Below, piece by piece: positions 39,566-53,699 of a stretch of DNA of 64,000 nucleotides. The stretch's first letter is position 1. Every line of letters starts with the position of its first letter. The notes beneath the pieces are model-generated. The model searched no databases. It had not been told where the DNA came from and saw nothing but the letters and a program-made list of their open reading frames with translations. Source of the DNA: Eledone cirrhosa (Eukaryota). Location of the stretch: contig OZ024741.1 of assembly GCA_964016885.1 (NCBI GenBank), forward strand, positions 197,036,001 to 197,100,000. The letters run 5' to 3'. Both the position numbers and the translations under genes were made by a program.

Positions 39566-39831
39566 CGCGTGGCTGAGTGGTTAGAGGATTGGATTCGAAA
39601 TTGTGAGGTTGTGAGTTCGATTCCAAGACCGCGTGATATGTTATGTCATTAAGCAAGACACTTTATTTCATGTTGCTCCTTCTACTTAGATTTGCGACCG
39701 ATAGATAGTATTGGCAATTGGAAAGACCAATGGAAACATTGTTTCCACGCTCGGATTTGACGAGCTCCACCCCACTCGTTAAGCGATTGACGTCTGGAAT
39801 CTTGTCGACCGATTCTTTATATATATATACC

Positions 39832-40098
39832 ATATTAAATAAATGGAAACTATATTTATAAAACCATATTTATTTTATTATATATATTTCAAGGGCAACC
39901 AAGATACCAGTGGTGCGCTTTCATCAAATAAAATACAAAGTTTGTTTTATAAATAGAGACGTACCCATGAAATCTATTTATAAAACAAACTTTGTATTTT
40001 ATCTGATGAAAGCGCACCAATGGTATCTTGGTTTCCCTTGAAATATATATAATAAAATAAATATGGTTTTATAAATATAGTTTCCATTTATTTAATAT
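39832..40098. repeat. ~265-bp near-perfect palindrome (arms ~125 bp, short loop)
   Basis: attaaataaatggaaactatatttataaaacc...ataaataga / tctatttat...ggttttataaatatagtttccatttatttaat. Confidence 0.92.
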
Positions 40099-40869
40099 CA
40101 TGGAATATTTACTCCAGTAAGCTGTTGAGTGCTCTAAATCAGTTATAAACATTTATGTTTGTCGGACTTCCAACAAATTAAATACAACTTCTACATATAT
40201 ATATAATTGAAAGTATTAAATGAAAATCAATCTTCATTTATTTAAAAAAATGTTTAATCACTTACAAAATGTTTTTAATCACAATTGTTTCTGGTAAACT
40301 GTGAAATTGACTCGTTTAAATGCTGTATAAAAGTTACTTGTTTTCATTATTGAAACATTTAAAGCGAGTCGTAATAACACAACATACCTTCTTCGGAGTG
40401 ATATAAAACTTATTTCAATGATTAGGCACATAAATCAGTTATTTACATCAAGCATGGACATCTTAGAACTTACATCATAATGTAAATCAACAGAAAATAA
40501 GTTGAAAGAAATTTTTTTTCCGGGTTTTGATGAATTTCTGAAAAGCGTCTTTCTCCATTTTTCAGTAACAAGTTAATGGTCAAATGGTGGAAGGGAGATA
40601 ATTAATGGAAGTTACACTTAGATGCCGTCTATCTAAGAGTTAATCAATTAACAGAGACATTATTAAGTATAAATGTACCTAGTTATGTTTAATAGATAAT
40701 TCACTAAGAGATTTCCCTATTTACATATAACTTAGAATATAATCAGACCAATTTACCTATAATAAATGTTATACAATAAATGTATTGATCGTTGTGAAGC
40801 AGACGACACATTAAACCTTTCTTTTCACATGGAAATAGTTTTTCAAGCGAGACAAAATAAAATGTAGAG

Positions 40870-41145
40870 ATTCCACAGTCAATAAAGACCTGCCCCACCC
40901 CGTCTATATTTTTCTACTAACACTGCTACCATGTCTGTCTTCCTTCACCTTTGCCACAGTCAATAAAGACCCCACTCACTCCTCAACATGGCCGTCTATA
41001 AATAGTCCCAGAACTCTGGTATTTTAGGGGAGAGCACGATTTATACTATTTGTTGACATGCTCCTGGAGCTAAATAATCTATGTATCAAATTTGAACAAA
41101 ATCGGATGGAGACTGGAAATGCATCGACTGCATACAGACAGACAT
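40870..41145. mobile_element. Helitron-like non-autonomous fragment
   Basis: tatgtatcaaatttgaacaaaatcggatg...catacagacagaca; internal direct repeat ccacagtcaataaagacc. Confidence 0.45.
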
Positions 41146-41394
41146 GTTCGTGTTCGTGTGTGTGTGTGTATATATATATATCATCATCATCATTTAACGT
41201 CTATCTTCCACGCTAGCATGGGTTAGACGGGTTTGTCCCATTTAAAGGCAAGTTGTGGCGGGTGTCCGTGTCTTGCTCATATAGGACTGCTTATGGGTGG
41301 TTTTCTACGGCTGGATGCACTTCCGAACGCCAACCACATTTACAGTGTGGGCTAGATGTTTTGTGGTACCAACATAATATATGTATTATCATGA

Positions 41395-41433
<39 letters not shown>

Positions 41434-41864
41434 AATTCGAAGTTTGAAAGCCACAACAATGTGAGTTTGGACAGAAAATAATTATATCGTAAGAAACAGG
41501 GTTTGTTGTTTTACCTTAATTTATTCATATGTCCAGATATTTCGAGATTAATATCTCTTCTTCCGAGAAAAATAAAGGAATTATTTCAGTGTCCTATGTG
41601 ACTTGCTATACCAAGCTGACTGGAAGTAGTTTTATCACATATTTATTTATTTTATTTTATTTCCTAACCTCTTGTTTTAAAGTTAAGGTCTGGACAGGTG
41701 AAGGGGCACAGATTTGTTTCCTTTTAAATCCACTTGGACGCATATGTACTAATACACACGCGTGCGTGCGTGCGTGCGTGTGTGTAAGCATGCACGCAAA
41801 TATGCAAGGGTAGAATCGTGTAAACACATGAATGCATATACACGCTTTCTCCCGGATGGATAAT

Positions 41865-42220
41865 GTGCTTGTAAACGGGACTGTGTACACGACGTATGCT
41901 TGATGGCATGTCTGCTATCGATGGGGCAGTTGGCCAGTGTACAGTGTCTGTTGTATTCTCTAGGTATCCTAGATAGTTGTCCGCATAGAGTGAGCTAGTT
42001 GTAAGTCTAGTCCTTCTCTTCGGGTGGCTGTTGTTGTGTCATCACTGAAATGCGAGAGCTCCAGGAAGATGTTGGTGGAGTTCGTGCTTCGAATGCGGTG
42101 TTTCCTATTTCTAACGCGGTTCACGGTGGATGTCGGCTAACCGTTTAGCTTAAGCACTCCCAAGAAGTGTGTGGTGTGCATTCTCAGTCTCCTGTGGTAC
42201 TGCATTTATTCAGGATACGT
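41865..42220 (-). mobile_element. Penelope-like element remnant (thumb, linker and start of GIY-YIG)
   Basis: LKLNG*PTSTVNR...IFLELSHFSD...CTLANCPID../CHQAYVVYTV. Confidence 0.7.
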
Positions 42221-42699
42221 GTCAGTTCATTTTTTATGTATATATATATATATACACACACACGCGCGTATATATGTGTATATGTATGACTGTGGAAACA
42301 GTTAACATGTTCCATGATGTCATAATATTTTTCCTTTCCTTCGTGCTCCAAAAAGTTCAGATTGGACTAGTTACCCCCACCCTTAACAATGTGCCTTGTC
42401 TCCACTAATTTATAATAGAACATCATGCATAACTGACAATCTTAAAAATATCAAACCACACTAAACTTTCTGCTGTGAAGCAGTTTAGCTCCTTTAATAC
42501 CAATCTGTTTGAAACCACCCCTATTCTATGTTATAGAGTTGTCATAATTATTCTAATGAAAAAGTTTTTTTTTATTGCATTCATCAAGATTTTTTGTACT
42601 AACTTGCCTGAACCTGCCTCTGTTCTATGTAATAAAACTGCTTGTTTTATACACTGAGCATGTTCGTGTAGAAATTTCCCATTATAATGTTGATTTCCA

Positions 42700-45215
42700 A
42701 ATATTTTTAGATAACCCAAAGCATGATCATGAACGATGGTATAGCTGAGGCATTAAAACAGCCAAACACCTTAACAAGCATCAGTAAGGCAAACTGCTAC
42801 CAATAACAAAAACATTCACTTACAAATCATGGTATTTCAGTAATATATTCTGCTCAGTTATGGATGCATTTATGGATGTGGAGGTGTAAAAGAATTGCAG
42901 AGAGAGGTTTCCTATATGAGGAATCTACATCTAGCCCATAAGCACAGAACAAGTCTATTATACCTTGTCCCATCGACCTTGGGAAGCCAACTGTCTCCAG
43001 AATTGAGGGGATATTAATTTTGACTAGGGCTCATTTTATAATTAAGTTCAACTTGGTGTGAAGAGTAAAGTAACCTACATTCAAGAAATGATAGTCTGTA
43101 GAGGGGGAATTGAGGGGCTTGCCATATTGACATTTCAATCTTCCCACAGACACCAGTTCCAACCAGGGAAGCAATGAAGATACAGTGCTCATCTGGATGA
43201 AGTAAGTCACTGAAGTTCACTGCAGGCAAAGCATCAACTCAAAATCCTAAAAACTTAGCACTCACAGAAAGTAGGTAACACTTTCAATATTGATCAAATT
43301 GATATATCTTTTTGAATGGACCCATAACTCCTGGTGAAATCATAGGGGTACCACAGTGATGCATGACATGCCTTGGGCCTTTTTAACATGACAGAGCCCA
43401 TCTTGCTTCAGATTTGAAGAGTGGTTTTCTTACATAGAGGGAGAGTGAGTGATAGGGAGGAAGTGAGAAAGAGACATAGAGGAAGAATCAACCCTGGTAC
43501 TTTTTTTTACGACCTCGAAAAGATGAAAGCTAAAGTTGAACTGATTGCAGAGAGCTTGAATGAATGCTGCAAAGCATTCTATCCAACATTCTAACAACTC
43601 TGCCAGTTCACCAACTATATTAGATTGATTAAGAAGAGACAAAAATATATTTTGACAGCAGGTTGTTGTAGACACTACGTCAGTTTATCTTGTTCTAGAA
43701 TTAGCAAACCAAGCTTCCTTCATTGTTGTAGAGCATCATTAACCTTCTTGATAGAGCAAGCCTATGTTGGAAAGGAGAGAATATTTCTAAAGGGAAGCAA
43801 GCATGACTAGAAGAAAGAAAGCAGAGAGGAGATAAAGATGAGCATTTGTTTAGACTTAAACCTCCAAATCTTTTCAGTGATGCAACCTGGTCACAGAATT
43901 CCTAATTTTAATGTTAACCACTTTTTAGTTTCTCATAGATTGTTGTTAACATTTTGTTTGCAGGGATGAGAATCTAAATGAGGGACTAGCTCTATGGATG
44001 AATAATAACTTGGGGATCAGCACATAATTCTTGAGAATAAAAACTAGAAACAAAAAAAAACTAGATGGGGTTCAATTAAATTGATGTCCTTAACGTTTGA
44101 TATCTTAAAGAGAAAGAAAGCACCACAAAGAAATAGATCCACTGTAGTGTGATGTTGCACAACTGATGATAGCAGATCCAAAGTTCACATTTAAAACCAT
44201 TACTTTGAAGGCTTTTATTGTCTAGTTCCTCAATCATCAAATTTGCTGTAACAAGGACTGAATTTGAAGGTCACCCTAAAACAAACATAATCAAGGTATC
44301 AGACATTCAAATCTGAGTCAAACCTAACCTGGCAACATTACTGATACCCAGTGTATATGTTGGAGCCTCCATCAATTTTGATGATGAGTTTTCAGTCATT
44401 CAATCAACTTAACATCTGAATGTGTAAGTGATTGATTATTCCACAGATATGTGAACCTTTAACATAATTCTCAAGTAGAATCACCATGTCACAAGGTTGA
44501 ACTTTTGAATTACTGGTACAATATTTCTGAAAAGCTTTCATAGTTTTCATCTAGCCAGTTTTACTCACAAGGCTTGGGTTGACTTGAAGTTATGGTAAAA
44601 CATTTGCCCAAGATGTCCCAATGTAGGATCAAACTCAAGACCGCGTGATTGTGAAGCAAACTTCTTAACCATTCAGCCATACTTGTATCAACACTCAGTG
44701 CACATACAACAGAACCAAAGGAGCCACTTTGTTGAATGTCAGAGGCAGAAAGAGTGTACTGGTCACCAAAAAGCTCCAGTTAAGTCTGCCAGGCAAATTG
44801 GTAATGCTCTGGAATCCTCTTTTTCAGTGTATTGAAGATGACATCACATCTGATTGAATTGAAAGAATTCTTTTGATCAATTTGAAAAAAACATTGGGGA
44901 CCTCAGGAGGAATGTTCTGAAATGTTTGTTTCTCATCCCAGAGCTCAACAAAATTTGGAAGAAAGGTGGCGTGAGACTGATTGCAAAAACTGCGCCTTAC
45001 TGCAATGGAGTGGAGATCACCATTAAGCTTAAGGTGATCAAACAAACCAGCACCCAAAAACAAGGAATGTATATAAGGGAGGATCCTCTCAGAAGAAAAA
45101 CTGTTAAACTGAAACATTAAAAATGTCTGGAACAGTGTAAACAATCTGGAGGGACAAATAAATGTTTTTCCTACAATTGTTTGAGGATGGGAGGGGCCAG
45201 AAGACAAAGGAGACA
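42700..45215 (-). mobile_element. CRE-clade non-LTR retrotransposon, heavily decayed, interrupted by SINEs
   Basis: Minus-strand translations GDLHSIAV, KLDQKNSFNSIRCD..IPEHYQF, SDLNV*YLD, LLHPDEHCIFIASLVGTGVC, LHTKLNLIIK*ALVKINIPSILE, in the expected order. Confidence 0.75.
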
Positions 45216-46867
45216 GGCTGGCTTTTTAATCTTAACCCTTTTTATACCAATTTGCCCAAAACAGCCTGTTTCTATGAAACTAAATCACACATTTTAAAAG
45301 ATCCATATTTAAAAACGAATAGGCTAATGTAGCCGGTAAACCCTAAAAGGACACAACACACATCGCTATAGCGTTTCACCAACCCCTTCGTTCTGTTGTC
45401 TGTATATGTTTATGTATTTACGTGTAGATGTGTGTGTATGTAACAAGAGTAACGTACGTTACGAATGGAAGACTAAATGGTTTAAACTTGTTTTTTAACA
45501 ATTGATGGTGGAAAGATTTCAAATTGTCTTAATTCGGGCCGCATCTTATGGTGTTTGACACTCTTACCGGCTACACAGTCTCTTCCACTTAAAAACCTTC
45601 CAACATAATTTTAGATAACATTTTGTGATGTTACAAATAAATATTATTATAATGAAATTATGATTCTAATTAAATCCTACCAAAATTCTTAAATAAACTA
45701 TTAAAATACAAAGAGTTTCATTAGAAATATGATAACAAAAGAGTTAAATTCGCTGAATTTGGCGTCGATGGACTTTTTGATGTTTGGGCATTGACAGACA
45801 TTCGGAATAGATGCTTTTGTATTTGCTCCCCGGCTTGAAAAAAGAAATAGTTGGTGTGGTTTCAGGAAAGAAGTGAGCGAAACGGTTTCTTCGTTAGACC
45901 CGTGTAGAGTAAAAAGAGGAATAAAAACGACATTTGCCGATCAGTGACGTTAGTAGATAAACACACATTTTTAATAATCCAGGAAGAATGAGTGAAACAA
46001 TTCGAGCTGACGGGGGGTCCTGGGTGACCCCTGCCTGGTTATGTGTCAAACGATTTTGATTACTACCGAGGGATCGAGGTGGGGTGATCGACAAGGTGTT
46101 CTTTTTTGTTCTGTTGTCACTATGAAATATCAGATGGAGAAATAGAAAATAAATCACAAGGAACGTTTTAACTAAAAAATGCGCGATTTCTCTAAAGTCG
46201 CTTAAGCTCTAGCGCAGGTAGTTCTGCATGCACACACACACATATATATATAGATATAGATATAGATATAGATATATATATATATATATATACAAAAGGA
46301 AAGAGAAACCGTGGATTTTCCACTGGTACTGCTAGGTTAAATAATATTAATATGATGTACATCACTATTTAATATATCCATAGATACACTTTACGTTCAA
46401 CTTCTTTTGGGAAATATATTAACAAACAACCTTCAATATACAGTACAGGCCCCGAAGACGAACATGTAGAAATTCAGAAAGAAAATGTTAAAATATAAAG
46501 ACATAAATTTTCACTTTTCATTTGGCATAATCGTGTTCAGAGTGTATACGTGGAAAAACACGTAATGGTTGATACGTTGTGAGTGTGCGTATGCATATGT
46601 GTGTATACATTTATGTAAACACACAAACTTAAAGCATATAAATATGTTTTCAATTGACAAATCCAAAAGTCATATTCATATAGAACAATTACATTCTGAA
46701 ACATTCTACAAAAGTCTATTTAAATAATAATACACACACACACACCATAATTATTGTGAAATGAGCTAGGAGAAAACTAGCCGAGTTCATACCGAAATAA
46801 TTAACATCAATATTGCTTTCGTTTAACAACAGCTTGTATAATAAAGACCATACGCACATAGATGCAC

Positions 46868-46927
<60 letters not shown>

Positions 46928-47431
46928 TTATATTCAGACATACGCAAATGTTCACATATGTTTTTCTTTCTTTCTTTTTTTTTTCTTTCTCTCGCTCTGG
47001 TCGTGTATTTTGGTGCATTATATTTGCGAGATTCCTGGCAATAGCTAACTGTATTTCTTATATGTATTTAATGTATTTATATTTTCATTTGTAATGTTAT
47101 TTATACATACTGTGAATAAAGATAACACATATGCCTGCACAAAGTATATAGTTACACATACAAACATATATACTGAACACCGTATATACTAGTGTATAAG
47201 TCGCAACTATATTTTACATAAACATTTACTATGTGCCATATATTTTGAATAGTGGATTTGTTAGGCCGGTAGATAGGTCGCATAGTTTTTTTCCACACCG
47301 TATTTTCATAGAAAAAAAAACACATATATACAAGTATTTACGGATATATATATATATATATATACATACACATACACACACATTATATATATATATATAT
47401 ATACACATACACTATATATATATACACATAC

Positions 47432-47470
<39 letters not shown>

Positions 47471-47546
47471 TTATGAGTTAGTTTACAACCATGTATGTAT
47501 AAGAGGAATATATATATATATCTCATGTTTTTATATATATATATAT

Positions 47547-47587
<41 letters not shown>

Positions 47588-49619
47588 ACGGCCAGGTAGG
47601 AAAGTCAAACAGTGAAAGAGAAATATGACACCTAGTAATCTAACGTTAAAAAAAAAACGCAAATGAAAATTGGTGGGTTCTCCACAAATATTAAAACAAA
47701 CAATTGAATTGGTTTTATGATTATGCACATACCCAAAATATCCATTTTCGAGAGTTTTTTCCTGAGGTTATAACATGATTCCTGGTAGTGATATTGTAGT
47801 GGAATTACGAACCGGTGTTTACATCGCAGTTCATTTAAAGCAATCACAACGTTATAAATAATAAACGATAACTAAAATAAAACAAGTAACACAAAAACAA
47901 ATATGTACTTGTCGAAGCTAATTAAATCGGCTGACACGATACTGAAAGCAGTAAATCTTCGGAGAAATTGCATAACTTAGTTCTTGATAAGATAATAATA
48001 TTAATAATAATAATACTGTTGTCGGTGATGATAATAACGACAACATTAATGATAATAAATAATAACTTGTACACGACAGCTGGTTTGAAACGTTTCAGAT
48101 ATTTCTTTAACATGAATAACAACAAACAACCACTACCTCTACCTAATGGAGGTGGTAGGAAAGGGAATTTAGAAGTTAATGTGCCAACAGATACACAGTC
48201 AATAAAATATCGAGAAAAAAAATTAGTAAAAAGTAAACAGAAAATCGATAGGTTTAAACTATGTCAGAAACACAAATAATACATTTTATCGAACCCGAAG
48301 AATGATGAACGACAAAGTCAGCCTTCATAGGGTTTGAACTCAATGTAGTAAGTTATAGCATTTGTCTTGGCCCTCCATCGTGTCTGTCAACACGCCGCCT
48401 AATTAGAAATATGTCTTACATCATACATTAGAGGCATTGTCAATGGTCTTTGAAATGGCGTGATTAACTTGTTTGAGTAGCCACAATTGAGAATAACATG
48501 TTTATTTAGAATTCATAAAACAGAATTACATTTTTGAAAGAGGTGGGGGCAAACTTTACACACTCGGACAGCATGTCTCAACTTCGACCCGCAGTGAACC
48601 CGAGTCTTGACAGTCGGTCGTTAAGGACTCGCTCGTCAAAAGTCTGGAAAATATTGACTTGGTTTGGTTTTGCATAAAATCCTACATTTTTAACCCTTTA
48701 GCATTCACATTACTCTATATATAAGAGAAAGTAGACTGACATAACGTCCGTGCTTTAATGATTTGCCAAAAGCATGAGCCAAGTGAAATGACTTTTCAAA
48801 ACACATTGTGGTTCGTGGTCTATGTTCTCCGAAAGTTTTATTATTATTATCATCAGGGAAAGAGCAAGGTGACCATGGCTTTTGTGGGATTTCTACACGA
48901 GTGGCCCTTAGAGTCTCTTCACCTTTGTGGAATGTGTTATGTTTATTTTCTTAGCCTCTTTTATAAATTTTATTTCACACAAAGAAAAACCCACACTGTA
49001 TCGCCTTTAATGTTTCCTTAATGTGAGCCTTGTGTGGTTAATGAAGAAATCATTATTATTATCATCATAATTATTATTTTCACTCTATGATGGTAGGGTT
49101 ACAACCAGGAAAAATACTAGCTAGTCTCACTATTTTCATTTCGGGTATAACAAGTATTTGAATAAATTACAAAATTGATAGGAGAAAGACAAAACGACAA
49201 GTTGTGAATTTTGAATGGGCTTTCTTTTCTTTTGTATTATTTACAAGAAACCGGTCGGTTGAGTACAACGAACGTGTTTTACCTATATTATTTAACAATA
49301 GACAAGGCAAAGAGGTTCAATTGTAATCAAGAAAAGAAAGAATAAGTCGTGTTCCATAAATAAGGCAGTGGAGCCTAAGAAAAGAACTACGTGGTCGTTC
49401 GACCAGCTAGAAATAGTAGCCAAATCTGTCAATCCTTCATCCTAACATGCCACTTTCACTGTCAAACTGCATGTGTAGTTCGAAGGTTGGGAGAAAAAAA
49501 TATTGTCTACCTCAATCTGCAACAAATCATAACCAAATCTCTCTATAATCATACCCGCTTGTCTTAAACCGTCGTTTGAGCGTAGATCTGAGTTCAAATA
49601 ACGCCGAGATCAATATTGC

Positions 49620-49965
49620 CTTACATCCTTTCGTGGTGGTGGTCTTTGGAGTAACGTTACTCAATATAGTGCGTGGTTCAGAGATCAGAGACTCGCTCCA
49701 AGTAGAGCCGCTACTTCTCCACATTGAGAGATCACAGCTCCGATATTACGTACATGTGGTTAGAATGTCTCAGATTTTACGGGCGAAACCAACTGGCAGG
49801 AGACCCAGGGATAGACGCTCGACAAGGTGGTTGGATAACATCCATGAACTCGGCTGGTCTTGCTTGGAGATCCAGCCGAATCAATTGGAGATAGTTGCTT
49901 CTGACAAGACCCACTGAAAGGTATGCTTCAGGTCTCTGCTCCCACGACTCTCGAGGAATAAGTGA
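49620..49965 (+). mobile_element. Expander/Rex3-like RTE 3' fragment
   Basis: VRGSEIRDSLQVEPLLLHIERSQLRYYVHVVRM..PTGRRPRDR.STRWLD. Confidence 0.85.
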
Positions 49966-50199
49966 CCAAAGAAAAGAAAAAGGAAAAGAAAAAAAAGAAA
50001 AAGAAGACGAATACTAGCAGAATTATTAGGGCCTTAGACAAAATGCCTTGTAACATTAAAAGTTGGGATGCTCACAGCTGGGAAGCCTGGTTGATTAGAG
50101 GGCTAAACAATTTTATTTTTTCCAGATAAAGAATGAGCTTTATTTTATTTTAGAGATCAGATACAATTTACATGATGTTTATGACATACAAAAGACATG

Positions 50200-52430
50200 A
50201 CTCTCAATTACAAACTACAACTTTATAAGCAAGCCTTGACACGACATTAACGCAGTTGATAGCGAGGCTAAGGCGCTGGAATAGCCAATCGTTTCCATCG
50301 GCATCATCTGATAATTCAGTAAACCACCACTAACAAGAAAAAAAAGCTTCGTTGCCAGCAGCCCAGATGCCCCAAATAGCCCAAATGCTTGGTCTGAAAA
50401 ATGTAATTTACCGATAAATTTCACTAGTTTATTCCATTCTCCTATTGATGTAGTAATCCTCACCATCTATGGGGCGAAAGAGTCGCTGATAGCAGCATCT
50501 TATATGAAGCATCTACATCTAAATCAGAGGCGAGAGGAAAACTGTTAGGCCGCTTCCCACTGAGGGGATGTTGATTAGCTAGGGACTATTGCATGATTAA
50601 GTGCGGCGAGCAAAGTGAGCAGCATTTATCGACACGATAATCCATGAAGACCCCTTTCCGGGAATCAAGGGGCTTACCATATCGATATAATTCCCCTACA
50701 AACGTCGGCCCTGATTTTGAGAGTAATCGAAATGTGTGGCTCATTCGGACTGAGTAAGCCACAGATGTTTGACACAGGAAACGTATCAACCCAACCCCAA
50801 GAAGATTTCGCACTCACAGAGAGTAGGCGACAGCTTGAATAGTGATCCGCTTGATCAAAGAGATAGAAAATACATTTGTTTGTCGAAAACTCCATGGAAC
50901 TGACAAACCGTGCTCCCTCTACAGCAGAAGAGCATTCACCTACCTGTTGGAGCTTGTCCAGGTTGGAATAGAGAGGATGATCCCAACTAAAGCGGAACAA
51001 ACATAAATGAAAGGGAGATGGATATAGAAACGGGCATTTATAAAGGCCTAGAATCCCCCCCCTCCCACCTCTTCCTCAATCGTTTGGGCAATACAACCTG
51101 GTCGCGAGACTCCGGAGTAAAGAGTAAGCTTGATGTTAACCAGACTTTTGAGTTTCTCGAAGATTAGGTTGCCAAAACGTTGCAAGGGTGAAGACAATTT
51201 AAATGAGAGGCTAGCTCTGAGAATGTACACTAACGTAGAAATCAATAACTAATTCCAGAGGATACAAAACCTTGATGAGTACGTCAATATATTTAAATAA
51301 GTGCTCGAGGTCTGACAGCTTAGAGAGGAATATGAACTTAAAAGCTCGATCAAAATTCAAGACTCCAAGGAAATAATTGGATGAGAATCCAAAGCTCCGA
51401 TTTTTAACTGTTGACTTGAAGGCTCCCACGATCAAGTTCCTAAATTATCAACTTTGTTGCTGTAGTGCTCCTCACCATCAAACAAACACCATCAGGGTAC
51501 CAGACATTTAAATCTAGGTTGTATCTCATCCTAGCAATGTTATCGCTACCCAGTGCAAATAAGGCATGCCTAAATTGGACTCCTGATGCAGATAGGATAA
51601 ACTGTTAACTAAAAGGGAGATGGGATGGCTCCTAGAAGCCTTCGAAGCAAAGTGGACCCTCTCCTTTAATGAACTAAGGATGACATCGTGTCTGATAGAA
51701 TTGAAGGCGTTCTTGAGATCGAGTTTAACACTTTAGTATTTACATTACTTTCGGGGTCGATAAAATAAAGTATCAGTAATGCACTGAGTAATTGCTGGCC
51801 TTGTGCCAAAAGTAGAAATATTTTCATGGTAAAGGCTTTATCTCACATAATATTGAATCTACAAGATTTTGATATTATTCATTTTGAGGAAAATACCTTA
51901 ACATCAGTATGAGTGGCCAGCTACAGCCGGTTTGAACAGAAAGAGTCGAGAGAATTCTGACCGGATACGGCCGGTTTAAATACTAAAGGGAGGGCAATCC
52001 TTGGGACCTCAAAAGGCATGTTCGTAAATGTTCTCATAGCGCAGGGGGCTGCTTCATATCCTATTTTAGTGTCAGCTCTAAGTTGAACGGGAGAAAATTC
52101 CAAAGAAAGGTGCTGTAAAACCGATTACCAATACAATTTTACTGCGAGGCGTCTCAAAGTGCATTCCGAAGGTTACAATCGAGCTTGATGAGACCAAACA
52201 GGTTAGCACAAACGAACAAGGCTAAGGATACTCATTTCTTATATGAGTGAGACTTTCCAAAAGCTCAATACCGGCGTCTCCGGTCGACAGAAAGATGCCT
52301 CATGATGGTTACAATTGGAAGGCCTTTGACCATAATACTTTAAAACCTACTGGGGGCGTAGATATTGTTTATGGAAAAAAAGAAACTAGTCTTAAATATC
52401 CAGGTGGGTCGGGTCAGTGTAAACCGTCAT
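50200..52430 (-). mobile_element. Second CRE-clade element, decayed, SINE insert near 51740-51820
   Basis: GDAGIELLESLT, CTLRRLAVK, PVQL...GYEAA, KLDLKNAFNSIRHD, ASGVQ..ALFALG..LNVWYPDG, LVYILRAS, LFDQAD..RLLSVSAKSSWGWVDTFPVS. Confidence 0.85.
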
Positions 52431-52434
52431 CCGG

Positions 52435-52590
52435 ATGATTCGACCCCAATACTTGACTAATTCTTTGTTTATGTCGAAAGGCAATGTTGGCCTCGGCGAG
52501 ATTTGAACTCATGGCGCACAGAGCGGGAACGAATACCGCAAATCATTCCATCCAACGTTCTAACAATTCTGCCAGTTCGCCGCCTTACAT
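52435..52590 (-). mobile_element. tRNA-derived SINE, second family
   Basis: Reverse complement of the 61210-61400 family. Other copies at 28260-28430(-), 43480-43615(-), 48285-48400(-), 16370-16500(+). Confidence 0.75.
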
Positions 52591-53699
52591 GAATAATAAA
52601 CAAGATGGGGATTTGAACAGGGTTTACTAATCTGTAATGTTATTACTTATGTTGGCTCTATACTTTCTAAGTTCAAATCCTGCTGGTTTATCATCCCCAC
52701 CTGGTCCTTGGGTACCTTTAACGGAATCCAATATGTTGTTAGAATTCGGGCCAGTCCTCCCGTTTGAGGCACCTTTCTCTCAACCACGTATGTCTCGGAG
52801 GGATGAAAGTGTTCACGAGTATCAGATTTTCTTCTCATGACTAAACAGCGGGGAAAACATTAAACAACACTAAAATGAACAAAAGATACATATATAAGAG
52901 TCGAATATGGACGACAATAAACTGAAATTAAACGAAGACAATAAAATGACAATGAAATTAAGGGGTTCGTAATTTTACGTCTAGGTCAGAATAATTTATT
53001 CATTTATTTATTTCTTCTTTTTTTTTATATATCTTGAAAATTCTGATCATGAACAATGGTATCACCAGTGTAAACACCGCATGCAATTTGATTGGGATTG
53101 CCGTATAGTCGCCAATCATCGGATACTATGACGCTTCTGTTGACTGTATCTGACTAGTCTTTATGTATATACTTACAACAACAACGATCTTACACAATTA
53201 GATACTATCACATGCTCCCATCTTAATATAAAAATGAACAAAATATAATTCTTAATTGCACCCCAAAATATCCCTTCTGACAAACAAGCCGGCAGCAACA
53301 CAGCGTCTCCTTACTTCCTTCTCTCATGTCAGTGATCAAGTCGCTGGCAGTGCGACGAAAATTTCGGCACTAAGCAATAAATGATAAATATGAAGTAGTT
53401 TTTAAATAGTCAAAATGACTCTTTCGCGTTGTTATATACAGTGCGCCCCCCCCCCCCCCTCCAAAAAAAAAATACATACATACTTCAAAATAAATATAAT
53501 CAAGTGTGTGTGTCTCCATTAAAATGTTACAGAACACTATTATTTATATCATATAATTTACAATTGTTTCATTCTCGTGGGACTCATCGGAATCAATCAT
53601 TATACAAATAAAAACCTCAGCAAGTTTATCTTTTAGAACGCACACAAAATTCGTAGAGTTTTGCTTAGATTTTGAAAAACCGTTTAGTCATAACAAGAG

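Noticed and set aside
40388-40560. Possible first exon near the CpG transition
   Set aside because: Two possible donors but no compatible reading frame; cannot be supported.
46716-47728. Multiple YIYI/HTHT ORFs
   Set aside because: Translations of microsatellites.
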